A stretch of 63,252 nucleotides of DNA, counting the filler, from Perkinsus chesapeaki ATCC PRA-425 (taxonomy: Eukaryota; Protista; Perkinsozoa): NCBI GenBank assembly GCA_013115145.1. It is 7 parts of 7 records of this genome, joined end to end, with 100 filler letters (N's around TTAATTAATTAA, not from the genome) between each part and the next. Parts side by side here need not be neighbours in the genome. Positions count along the whole stretch, not along the records: positions 31,346 to 39,374 come from JAAPAO010000997.1; positions 39,475 to 46,005 come from JAAPAO010001078.1; positions 46,106 to 58,695 come from JAAPAO010000807.1; 4 more parts are not named here. One strand, 5' to 3'. The notes beneath the pieces are model-generated. The model was not told where the DNA came from and made no database searches. It saw only the letters and a program-made list of their open reading frames with translations. Positions within the stretch are counted from its first letter, which is position 1. Each line of letters begins with the position of its first letter. Both the position numbers and the translations under genes were made by a program. Shown here piece after piece: positions 37,071-49,805 of this stretch.

Positions 37071-39474
37071 CATATATTTATATACCTGCCATCTGAAGAC
37101 TGTATTCTGTATATGCTCCTTCATTACCGATATCTGCCCCCTTCCAGCTGTGCATTATTAATGATTACGTAAATGCTATAATAACAATTGTTATCGATAT
37201 AATCACCACTAATGCTAACGCTATTCGCACTCCTCAACAGTCGTGTTGGGAGGCGGAGTCGGGTGTTTTGGGGCTAACAAGAGCCTCATCCCCAGAAACC
37301 AACCATTTGAGATTATTGAACCTGGCGTAACTTTTGATGGTATGGCATCCTGTTCTGTTGTCATGTCTGTCATTTGTTGTCCGCCATATGCCCTTATCAA
37401 TCCCTCCTGCTCTTCCTGCTTTTGCCCAATTGGGAGAGGCGCATTTGTTTCTGTTCCTTTTTAACTTTTATAAGGAATTCCTGCAGTGATAGGTTGATTG
37501 TATAAAGCTCATGGCCGTATGTATTATTATTAATGTTTTCCTCCTCCTCCTCCTCCTTCTGCTTCAGATTGCTTGACATTGCTATACCAGTGATGGCTAT
37601 GGTATTTGGTATATGCTTTTTTATTGAAATGAACATTATGATAGATGCCAAAGAGCATGGAGGAGTTGGCTCGATGGCTCAAGTTGCGTAAGTTGGGTAT
37701 GCATGGCTGCCCCGTTTTGTGTCGGAGTATGAAACGGTTGATCGATTTGGTCTTATAGGCCGTTAACTTTTACGAGTGTTATCTGATCAAGCTGCATATA
37801 ATATTTTTTATAAGGAAAATGATATTATTAATCTACCATTGTGTAATATTATTATTTGATCAATTTATTTATTAGTTGCATGCCGATATTGAGCCATAAA
37901 TTGAAATGATATATTCGCTTGGATCGCGGTTTCGACTCTGGGAGCATATTTCCTATTGCTCAGCGCGATCTACTATTGAGATACACAATACTGTTGTCCC
38001 CATTACCACACAAATACTGCTGTCTCCACACGAATTTCACGTTTCTGTTAATTCACATATCACCTTAGGATGTGTCTCGGACACATTGTATGCTTGTATC
38101 TTCTTACTCTATACGGAACTTTCCAGTGTATCTCCTCGGCAATAGGAGGACTTACTCCCCTCTGCTTTACCTGCCCCACCTCAATTTTGGCAGATATGTA
38201 CCTGTATCATCAATTGACAATATCCTACTGGCAAAGAAGGCGGCCGAGGCCTCCTGGGTGCCGCCCAAGACGGTCAGTGTCGAGATCGAGCTTCCGCTCA
38301 AGCAGATTACCTTCCAACCCGACCTGGTAACAACCGGCAACGAAAATGGAAAAGATGAAACGCTTCGCTCCGCTGTAGATATCTCGTGAGCCTGCAGCGT
38401 CACAGTCAGTAATTTTATCTCCAGGAGGGAAACAACGCGTTGCCCTCGACGTGCCGACGACGACCGGCGGGAAAATCCAACTTCTACTGGACCACTCCGC
38501 ACTCGCCAGCATCATCAGGAACAAGTCATAGAGTTTGTGAAAAGCGCGCGCCCGGTTGATCGATTTGGTATCAGGTACAGTCGGAAGGAAGCGGAGATTA
38601 CGCTTGATTTGGGTACGCTATTGGCGCTGAATACTTCCGGTGCGATTATACCAGGGGAAGGCGAAGGCGGAGCGATGCAGAAATTTGAGTGGCCGCTGGG
38701 AGGCAAAGTATGGAAAATGATGACAGGCGGATAGGGAAGAAAAAGGGATTAAAATGCCGGTGGTGGGAATCGAACTTGAGTGAGGCGAAGGCCGTGACTG
38801 TGACAGTTATATGATTGACGTATATAATACATTCTCTTGCGAATGTTTGCGTGCGTTGTTAATCTGGGCGGAAATTCCCCTAATTTTCCGGTGGTATCAT
38901 TTTGGGGATTTTCGCTGATTTTACTTCTTTCCAATTTTTCCCCATTTTTCAGACAATGTGATTTTCCGTACTTTCAGCTTTCCCCTGATTTTTCCAACTT
39001 CCCATGGGTTGTGGAGCTTCTTCCTCCGCCAAGACACAGGATACCCCTGCCGTCCCTGCCACTGAGGTATATGGAAAACTGCAAACATGAATCGCTTCGC
39101 TCCGCTCACCTTGCTGGATTTTCAGGAGCCTAAGGTTGAGGGAGAGAATGCTCCGGTTGTCGCCGAAAATGGTGGTGAGAATGATAAATTCGATGCGTTT
39201 GATATTTCATAATTTTCAGATAACGGTGCGAAGGAGGGTATGCGGGCATCGGTCTCTAACTACGTCCAGGGCTTAGCTAGCGCTTTGGTTGCGGGGGAGG
39301 GAGTGATGAGATTTGATGAGAAAGCTAGTTGTTCTCTAGGAGACTGCTGCACGCGACACGGAGCGCCGTGACGCNNNNNNNNNNNNNNNNNNNNNNNNNN
39401 NNNNNNNNNNNNNNNNNNTTAATTAATTAANNNNNNNNNNNNNNNNNNNNNNNNNNNNNNNNNNNNNNNNNNNN

Positions 39475-42430
39475 AGTAAATATATTCATATACTCTTCTT
39501 ACTCAATATTTGTTGTATTAACTAATGGGATCGGAGAAAGATTATGAGATGACATCGTGACCTGTTCCGCTTTGAATCAAAGCCTTTGATCCGTCTTCGA
39601 GTATCGTATGTGCAGTTTCACATATGATCCGCACAGATTCTTAGTGATATCTGAAGGTTTCAATGAAGCTACCTCTTTCAGCCTAAGCAAGCAGAAAACC
39701 CCTGTGAGAAAGGCCACGGTACTTATCTTTCTTCCTGATGGCGTAGTAAGGCATACGAGTTGTCTCACCTGCTGCAAGGGTAACGTATCTGTTCCGAACC
39801 TGCTGCAAGCAGAAACGAACAGACTGTTCGTTTCTGCTTGCGGTTCCTTAGCAGACGTTTCGCCGATTGCAAAACCAGGCGGACACTCTCTTCATCAGAT
39901 TCAGACAATGGGACCAATTCAAAGAGGCGAGATTCAACTCGAACGGTGTTTAAATATTTGTAAACAGTCTCAGACATAAGAGCAGACTTTGTAAGGCCTA
40001 CGACATACTCAACCAGGGCGTCCACACCAGCAGGGAAAGGTATTAGGCCTTGCTGGAAACAGAATTCTGAATGCCTTCTTAGGATCGAGTTGCGATCTTT
40101 ATTAGTTTACTCTGCTCGTGACCTCATCAGGCGTAGCATCACATCCTCATATGATACCAGAGGTAAGCCCGTACGGTACTTAGGTCCCTTGTCTACCACC
40201 GGGGCCGCTACCAGAGATGTATTAGAATTTTCGCCCGCTGCTTGTTCACTAGGAGGCTCCTAGTAGGAGCTGGACATGTGCTAATACTGGTACCATCATT
40301 ACGAATGGCATCTGTATATCTACTACCCCGTCTTGTAATAGAGGTGCGGCCCCTCAGCTGTCGGCTCAAGTTGGTGGAACGGGAAATCTCTCGACGAGGT
40401 TTCGTATACGTTCCGGAACGTCTGCTAGATATGGGTCTCATGAAAATAATTGGTAAGTCAGTGACTTAAAGTCACCTGACAATCAAAACTGCTAGCAATA
40501 TCATCAAACCCCCGACGCTAGTGTGTTACACATCTTTATATCATGAACACAACTCTTTGAATAATTATTGGTTATGGTGTGTAAATTACAGCTTATAAAA
40601 GTTGTGTAAACACTCTCCTGAAGCTCGTTAATAAGGATGCGGCGTCAAACTCTGATCCCAGAGACCCAGACGATTCTTTGATCGTGAGCTTGTCGTTTCT
40701 TGATAAATAGTCCGCCAGACTATTGTTGTCCCCTCGTATGTGATAGGCCATTACTACAAAGCCGCCCACTGGCCAAAGGCTATTAAATGCTCTGAGGATA
40801 GATTTCATGGACTTGGACGTAGCCGAATTTTTCCTCAGAGCATGAACTGTTGGGGTATTGTGACAATACTATTGTCCGACAACGCTATTACCGTATCTGG
40901 CTTTCTTCCAAGGGCCTTTGTAACACCTAAACCGGCAGCCAGCAATTCCAGTGAACATATATCAGCACTAGTAGGTGGGTTCCCTGTAATGAAGTGTGAT
41001 AGTTCGAGTGATTTGAAATACTCTTGCGAGAACTACTCTGACTTATTCTCAGAGGAATCCAAGTCAAAGATGACACCTCCTATCCCTTTTAATGAAGCAT
41101 CTGTCACCACGACTGAGCAGCGATCGTCAGGAGTTGCCGCCCAAGTTGGGCGGTCCAACCGAGCAACTGCGAGGCAGTCGTGCTTGTCAGGCGAGGGGAC
41201 TCCAGAATGTTGAGGAATAGTCGACAGCTTTCTCGTACTGCTACACCTAGACTAATTGTCCGGAGAGCGTGCTTGCGAGCCGAAGCTTGTAGTGCGCGAA
41301 GGGTGCCATGTGGACTTTCAGGCGCGGTGTGATTTGCATAAGCCGTGTTAACCTTCCCGTTAATTTCGCAAGCTCAGAAACGGCCACACGCCGGTTGGTG
41401 CCGCTACCAAGAAAAAAGCTGAGCTGTGCCACTGGCACAGTGCCCGTAGTGCCAGGCGCTTCTGTTCCGGCACCCGGACGGTCCGTCCGGGACGGATCTG
41501 GTTTCCCGATCCCACTCAAAACCTAGGTTATGAGGCCTCGAAGAGATACGAAGTTTATCGTAGGTTATGTTGAGGCCCACAGCAGAGTAAATAAGGAGTA
41601 TTTTCATACTTACTTCAGGAGCTCTGCTCCTGGGTACGATCCAGCCGAGATCGTCAACATAAATCCTGCCTGCTCCGTCTTCAGGGTTCTGGCAAACTAG
41701 CTTTTTAACCAGCCTATGAACACAACCAAATAATCTGCACCACATTAGAGGGGAACTTCTCAGACCAAAGGGCAACCGAACATGTTGATAGAATAGGTGG
41801 CCAACATGATTAACCAGGAACCTTCTATCTAGTACATGTACCGGAAAATGTCGAAAAGCCGAAGCGATATCTGCTTCAATCCAGACCATGGGGTCTTCTA
41901 ACGTACTTGCCCTAGTCATATGTTGAACCAAGTATGCTGCCGCTCTTAGGCCTGTTAAACTTATCGTCTCTTTGCAATGGACTCGCTCGTTAGCTCCAGA
42001 CCTTCGCAAATCGTCTATTAATCGAAGTTTCCCAGAAGGCTTGATGACACAGGCTATCTTTGTACAGAGCCTGTACTACAGACTGACTCATCAGGGGGCT
42101 TTTCGGAAGTGACCCATAATTGTAGTTGCCGTACTTATTCTTATAGTACTTGTTGCCATTGCTCTTCCAATCAGTTTCATACCAATCATACCAATCAGTT
42201 TCACACCAACGATTGTAATGCTTGGTGTTACCGCGCCAGCGTTCCTTGTCACCTTTATCATCATAATGGTACCAATCATCATCGTAGCAATTACTGTTTT
42301 CTCCATTACCGCTATCCTCAGTGCTGTTAGCTCTCTCGTTGCATGTGGTGTTGTTGTTGGGGTTCTTGTCGGGGGTGTTGTTGGGGGTGTTCGTGTACAC
42401 TATGTAGCAATCCTTGAGCGGGAGCATATC
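39475..42430 (-). mobile_element. DIRS/Ngaro-type tyrosine-recombinase retrotransposon, frameshifted and truncated
   Basis: RT: WIEADIASAFRH..LPFGLRSSP..IYVDDL. RNase H end: HIRGDNNSLADYLSR. YR: FCLLRLKEVASLKPSDI..HIRYSKTDQ. The RT-RH-YR order is that of DIRS-group elements. Confidence 0.85.
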
Positions 42431-42945
42431 GTGATTGGTTTGCCGGACTGACTGAGCTTATAATGAAGGGGGGAGGGTCAGAACGCTAAAAATAATCGAT
42501 TAACTAATATAACACAAAGGGACAAAGTTAGACAGTATCAAGGTTGGTCATTGAATGGAAAAAAACCCTGAATTTAATTCACGAAAAGAATTGCTGTGAA
42601 TTGAAAGAAACAATCGAAAAAAACTATACTTTTCGGGCGCGCTCCGCGCGCGCAGTTACAAATCTCGCTCGCCCAAATTTCATCTTGTTGCGAGCGCACA
42701 AAGGTATTTTTGGGCGTGCGCTTTTGATAAGCTGTGCAAGCTAGCTCTAGCACTGATCTGAGATAAGTAAATCTATAATAAAGTTAATATATAAGTATTT
42801 TACGTGTTTCACGTATTATACGTTACGTATATCCAACTATAAGTTAGTAGCACCCCCTCTATTACAATACCCAAGGCTAGGTGGGTATTATTATTTATTG
42901 GTATTAATCACTATTATCCTTGGTTGCGTTATTCTATAAAGTGTT

Positions 42946-45900
42946 ATGAGCAATTCCTTGAGAAGCATCGACGACATTGAGCAAGAAGTCACTAACGGCT
43001 CCCAACAAATGGTAGCAGCTCCTTGTTGGAGCCATATGTTATTGGCTAATCTTGGGAGGACTAATCTTGAGGCTATTATTACTATTCGGAATATCCCAAA
43101 TCCGGGTGGGTCGATTCAAGAGATGGCTAATTATATCTATGAAGATAACTGTAAAGTGTTATCTTCGGTAGAGAAGGATCTCTTTATGAATGTGTATCGC
43201 ACTGTTTATGGGAAACCTTATGGTGAAGAGTCTCTTGCTAAGTCTTCGGGATTGCAGGCTTCTTCTAATGAATCCGACAAGGCTGATAAGGAATCGTCTT
43301 ATGAAGTATTTAAGGAGGATTCCCCTCTAGCAGGGAAAACCTTTGGAATTGGTAATACTGCTGAAAAGGGTGGTTCTTTGGATGATTTGACCCACAAAAG
43401 CTTTGAAGATGCTAAAATTGGCGAAATTATTTCTCGTTCTATGAGTTCTGGTGATGTTCAAAAGCTTACTGAGTTTATGGCTAATGAGTTTCAGAGGCTC
43501 AGACGAGAGTATAGCACTGCTTATTCGTCGATTTTAGACATGGTGGGTAGGAACAAAGAACTTGGTGATATACAATATGCCCGGTTACGTGAGGATTTAT
43601 ATGGTATTTTGGGTATGTTCGAAGAGAGGGTTAATACCTCGACTGAGAATTTTAATGCTCAGCTAGAGGACTTGAAGTCTGCTACTAATGATAATTTTAA
43701 TGCTATTCAAGCTTGTATGGAGTCCCAAGAGCGCCAAAATGGTAAGGTTGCTTTAAAGCTACAAAGCCAAGTTGATGGACTGAATCTCAAGTTATCTGAT
43801 GATTGCCTGAGAGAACCCGTTAAGAAGGCGGCTCAAGGTCCCCAAAGGTTTGATTTAAGTCCTGGTCATAATGGAGATCAGTCTGCTAATATCGTTGATA
43901 ATAATATTAGAGATTTGGATGGTCCTTATGATAGGCATGTTACGCTGAGTGAGCGTAGTGGTTCTGCTACTAGCGTGTATTCTAGTGGAGAGCTGAATGG
44001 CCGCAATGCTTATGTGAGTAGTTGTGGTCAAGGTCTTTCTCGAAGTGGTGACGCTCCGAAATGTGGTCTGTTGCTACAAGGTCAGGAGAGTCCGACGTTT
44101 TGTTCAAATCCTAAGACTTCTGGCGGTGGGTCTACGACAGCCGGAGAAGCTAGGCGTAGGTTGGTGCAGAGTAATGCTTATAACTCATCTAGTCCCACTT
44201 TGAATGTGGGTAGTTCCCGAACGGTGGCCAGTAATTTGAGTGCCCCTAGTAAAGAACGAGTTGGCTTGGTTGAGGATGTTGATGAACATCGAGAGCGAGC
44301 TAGAGTTTCTGCCTCCTACGATGGTAGGCCGAACCACAGTGGTAATTTGGCCGCTGCTGGGACCTACACCCGCAATGTGGTATTTGCGAATGCACATCCA
44401 CAATTTGTGAGCCATTCTGAGGAACCTTTGGGTGGAGCCATTTCCAATGGTGATAAGACTCCACTTCTTAGGCAGCCTGATGGCAATTTTAAGAGAGTTC
44501 CTATCAGTGATAATGACTCTGTCAACTCAAATTCACTGAGTCAGATGGAGTCAGTATTGTCTGAGAGTCTGAGGAACATCGCTCCGACTAATGCTAAGAA
44601 AGCCCAAATTCGTAAGAATATGGGTTATCGAATGCCAAGAAATGGATACCTTAAGTCCTTTTGGCTACTTCCTCCTCAATGGCAGAAGGAGAGGCCTGAT
44701 GGTTTACCTATGACTTCTGATGATGGTGCTATTAGTGAAGCTCATTTGGAATTTGTCAAACATCGAGTAGCTCAAGCATCTGAGAAGTTGGTAGGCCAGA
44801 TTAAGAAGTTGCAAGGTGGTCCATATCAAGGAGCGGGTGATGTTACATCCTGGCATTATGTTGAACGTGAGATTGTTGATAATCTCAATCGTTCATCTTT
44901 GGTAATTGCCAGAATTCATTTATTGTACCTCACTGACTGTGTGAGTCCTAATATAAGCCAAAAGATCAGGCGAAGACTTGGTACTGATTCCTGGTTTGAC
45001 GCTAATCCTGTTGATCTATTATTGGCTATGCAGTCTGCACGAGAAGCAAAGTTTATCATTCTGAAGACTGTCACTAAGGATAAAATACTTATTGGCAGAG
45101 ATCAGTTTGAAGAGTTTGGCTTCGTGATTGGTAAAATGCTTAATTGTCATGATGACAAGACGTGCCTATTGAAGGATCCATCACAACTTAATCAAGCTGT
45201 TGTTGAAGATCCTCATAGTTTGGTAGTATATTGGGATCATGGACCCTTGGTATCTCTTGACCCCGCTGAGAACAATGAGCTTAATACTTCTACGGTCTAT
45301 GAAGTTAAATCTTGTGAAGGTAGAACAGCATCATTAGAGTGGAGATTGTCCCAAAGGCCACCTCGATCTTTTAAACTTGCTATTAAGCAGGCTAAGAGAT
45401 TGGAGTTTTTGTTACGTCGTTTTTTCCTTATGTTTGCGAGACCATTACGGAAAACCACTAATGCTGTTCGGGAGAAGCTCAATGATGCCAAACCCTTTGA
45501 TCCACTGCGGGGTGCTGAGTCTTTGAAAGAAAAGGTCAACACGCCCACTGTGAAAGGAGTGGCTAAAGCATCTAAGAAGATTCGCCTTTTATTAACTAAG
45601 AGGTTTGAGAAGACTTGGGAGGATATGCGAGAGAAATCTCGGCAAGAATCCATACATATATCTTCAAAGTTGCCAAAGCAAGTGATATGCGAAGGTGACC
45701 GAGGTCCCTATAGAGTAAGGCGAGTACAAGGAGTATCGGTAATTGTGAACGTTAATGGCAAGATGGTGACTGATAGTATAGCCCATGTCCTTAAGGTTGT
45801 ATCACCGCAAGAAAGTGAGTTTGCCAGTAAGAAGGGTAAATCACTGATTATGGTTAATACACTGGTCTGGTTTGGTAATAATGAAGCTGGACTAATTATT

Positions 45901-46005
45901 GATGGGCGTGGTAACGATCACATCTTGCATATGGTAAAGATTCAGCAAGAATCAGTAGATGAATATGAAGTTCTACTGTTATTCTGGGATGAATCTAAAG
46001 GTTTG
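42946..46005 (+). CDS. Intronless >=1,020-aa ORF, probably LTR-retrotransposon-derived (gag-like plus pol remnants); runs into contig end
   Basis: Uninterrupted ORF in an intron-rich genome. Short segments recall the RT palm/thumb and the integrase GPY motif, but no YxDD or DDE core is seen. Confidence 0.55.
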
Positions 46006-46105
46006 NNNNNNNNNNNNNNNNNNNNNNNNNNNNNNNNNNNNNNNNNNNNTTAATTAATTAANNNNNNNNNNNNNNNNNNNNNNNNNNNNNNNNNNNNNNN
46101 NNNNN

Positions 46106-46748
46106 AGATTTTGGCCGAACTCTGGCTTGTCGGCGACAACGCTCAATAACATCTCGTATCTGTGAGGAACAGAAGAACATGCTTTGAAGTAGCTACAAAT
46201 ACTACAGATGATTCACATAGTCGGACATAGTTGTTGGAACGGGTCCCTCGCTGAAGCCAACCGGGCCGGGAGCATCGATGAAGATACCTCTGGCATTCTT
46301 AGTCCACGAGTTACTGAATGATTCAGTATAAGGAGTATAACAGTTTGGAAAATATCACTGATTTAGCAAAGGAGTCTTATTGTCTGTATTGAGGAAACAC
46401 GGTCCAATTATCGATAGAACACCAGACACGCTACTCCCTCCTGGCCCTCCTGGTAGATAGAGGAAACTTGGGGTAGCAGCGGTAGGAGCCTCGGCATCAA
46501 CCGTCATATAGAAGTACCTGAGGAAACGTCTGCCATGTTGCACGGTGCATGATTCACCCCGTACACTGCTGACTCAACAGTGTTGAGTGTTCCACAATTA
46601 TGGCTAATTTCACATGTTTCGAACAACGGCTAGTAAGTTTCTTACTTGTTTGATCGAGAAATCTGTTTATAACCAAACAACTGCTCCCCTTTACTTCCCG
46701 GGCATAGGGGACCGCCATTGGATTGGAGCTGTCGCAGATGATGATCAC
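46106..46748 (-). CDS. Serine carboxypeptidase (S10 family), 5' part; truncated by contig start
   Basis: RYFYMTVDAEAPTAATPSFLYLPGGPGGSSVSGVLSIIGPC followed by NPYSW matches the S10 N-terminal GGPG.SS...GP motif. Confidence 0.8.
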
Positions 46749-47926
46749 CTGGACAAGAAAAATAGGGAAGATCGAACGGGTTATTATACCACTACTTTGA
46801 TTGTAGTATAAGGCAAGTGCTGAATACTCGGTGGCGCACGTCGCTCCCGATGGGACATTACTTCGTCATCCCCAGGCCCTGCGACTTCGGTATTCGATAA
46901 CCTCACAGCAAGGACCATCTTCGTGCTACAGCTTTAGCAGCTATGCTGGAAGATACTGACGTCGAGGAAGGGTTCTCAGCTTAGGTGTAGCTGACTGACC
47001 AGAGCGGAACTTCAAGGATCACTAACCGGATGCCCGGGCCTCGTGGAGCTAAGTCATAATATGGTACTGTTCATTAAGAAGAGCATCTACTGTGGCTGGA
47101 TAGTAGCCATATAGAGCAGGCTATTGAAGCATTGGTGAGTGTATGAGGAAAACTTGGTCCAGTTACAAGACGGAGTTACCGACAATGGTTGCCTCACGAG
47201 CCCACAATTGCGCGATTACGAGCGACCCTTACGCGGCATCCGTGGCTCGGCCCGAGTTGCGCCTAGGGATAAGGATCAACGTCGTTGATTCAATGATACT
47301 GAACGGTTGCTAGTAGCAACCGCAACCGTTGCTCAGCAACTTGCTACCTTCTTAGGTGGTGCCATTGGACTTAACTCAACAAGAATAAAGATAGAACTAT
47401 CTCAATATATATTACAGCAAATAACTTATATGCCAAGTAGACAATTATTGTGTTATAGTCTATGGGATATGTCTCCGACACAAGTTGTGTGCTACAGATC
47501 AGTCGAACAACTATCAGTACTGTATCGTTGAACGATAATCCCGTTGGATTTTTGCCGTATTATGGAATTCGTTCCAAGAAATCACCAACAATGGTTGCCT
47601 TATAAGGTTTCGGAGATATCATATCTCATTCCGCCAGCAAAGCGGTCCGAGGGAGCCGAAGGAGCCTTCGAATGCAGGGCCTCTACGGCAGAGGCCCTGT
47701 GTATTTGGTTTACTGCAAACCAACTCGTTATCGTTATGTAAAGCGTTTAGAGTACGCGTATACTGTGACAGTCACCATAGGGTTCGCCGAAGAATGCAAC
47801 TAGTGACAAATACCAACTGTCAGTTCTGCTCTTTCTTCGCGCCCATCTAATAACAATCGAAGCATCTTAGCTTGTCTTGATTGACGGACTGAAGAACTCG
47901 GCAACAAAGTAACCCACGCACTGAAA

Positions 47927-49501
47927 CTAATCCGCATAATGCACCGGAAGCAATTTTATGGCGATGCCTGGGATTGTCACCATCGCTGAGAGAGCTCCAC
48001 AAACCGCCAAGAACACTGACACTCTTCTGCGCACTGCGATGCCCCATACTGAAGCCGACATGTACGCGCCATTATTGAGCAATGCGGCCGAGTGAGCGCT
48101 CATACCGTGGCCCTTGCTGGACTGATAGAGCAAGATCGATGGGAAAAACAACATAGATCCCAACACACCGATTGCGCCCACTACGGACGTTATATCAGCG
48201 AGTGCAGAAAAGGTAACAAACAAGACGTATGACAGTAAAATTATGGCTAATGTTACGAGACTGTGAGTGTAACAGTTGAACTCGCGTTTAGAGCTTTCAA
48301 TGATAACATTACGGATAGGGTGAACAGCCAGCGGGATCTTAGTTAAGGAAATGACCCCGAAACCAATACGTAGTGCAGTGAATGGAATAGATTGGGGTAA
48401 AGAAAGCAAGATGTTAGCTTCTCTGCCGGACCCGAAGCACGGGCTCATCGCTGCAGAGAGGGCAAATGACAGGTATATAGCGAATGATACTGAGATTGAA
48501 ACCGCCATGATGAGGGGCATTTTGGGACGGATCTCTCGAGGCAGTTCAGAATGCAATCGAGGGAGGTTCACGTGACAACCAAAGACGAGCATGGCTGTTC
48601 CGAGGACCTAAACCCGGCATGACTCGAGACAACCGCGGAACTTACTGTGGATGCTTCAACGAGCAGCCCTTTTCGGTATGAATAGTGCGGCACTCTTGGT
48701 TCTATATCACATCCAACAATTGCAGTTCCAATTACCAGTGCCCAAGCTGACGTTAACAACAGCACCCCGATAGCAGATACGATCCGCATGCCATGTAACG
48801 ATTTCGGCAATGACATTACAAATGCAATAGCAGCGAGGATCGCACCGCTGATAGACCGAGGCGCCACAAAGCCAAAAGTGGTAGCGAGCTCGATGGCGAA
48901 GCAATCGTATGCTACAACCAGAAGCATAGCTATCACCTATTAACAAGACATAGAGGGGAAATAAGAACTCTACTTACCCCGATGAGACTCAGACAGATGG
49001 TTCCGTCGATGAATCGAACCGTGATGGTGTTTTTGCACAGCTTCGTAGCCATGGCGTGATAACTATCCTCGTCGACAAAACCGGGCAGAACAACTCCAAC
49101 CACAAACCTGCGGAAAACCGTGAAAGTTGAGGCTACCATGGCGTACATTGATAAGTATGATATGGAAGCCACAACAATAAGGAGGGTAATTATTATGACG
49201 GGACTGGAGAGATACATACAGTACGGTAGAGCAAACATGCCTGTGAGGATGCAATGATGATTTCAGCGCAGCTGCGATTGCGCTCACCGCTGCCAACCAT
49301 AGTGTTTATCATATTGAGGGCAGTGCTTGCCGATGTTCCATTATTCTTCACACTCTCCAACTGACCAGGAATCTCCCAAGTTTCAGAAGGCGACAGATGA
49401 CTAACCTGATCGCCTCGCCTTCTCACATCCTCGGGGATTTGCAACCTCGGGTGTGCCAGCAATGCTCTACGGACTTCAATATTGTTGAGTGACGTTGTCA
49501 T
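47927..49501 (-). CDS. Amino-acid transporter (AAAP/Aa_trans, SLC38-like), multi-exon
   Basis: TALNMINTMVGSG..LPY first-helix motif; FGCHVNLPRL..EL; LTKIPLAVHPIR; many hydrophobic helices. Confidence 0.85.
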
Positions 49502-49805
49502 TGGACGTTATTCACCGTTCTATTTTCCAGTGTGGTTATGAGGTTCTTTATTTGGTCGCTTTATATCACTCAACACTATGAAGAACGACTACGAAAATAT
49601 CTGACGTCTTCCATGAACGATCAACGGACACATATGGAAAAATATGCATCAGTAGCCCGGCAATGATAAAGGAAGCGCCCACAGTATATTCGAGCCAGTG
49701 CTAACCCAAGCGAGAACCGGTTCAAAACCATTCCACAAATCTGCTTTGAGCAAAGCTCGGAATGATAGAGGGAAACTACAAGTGCATTTTACCATAAACA
49801 CTAAA

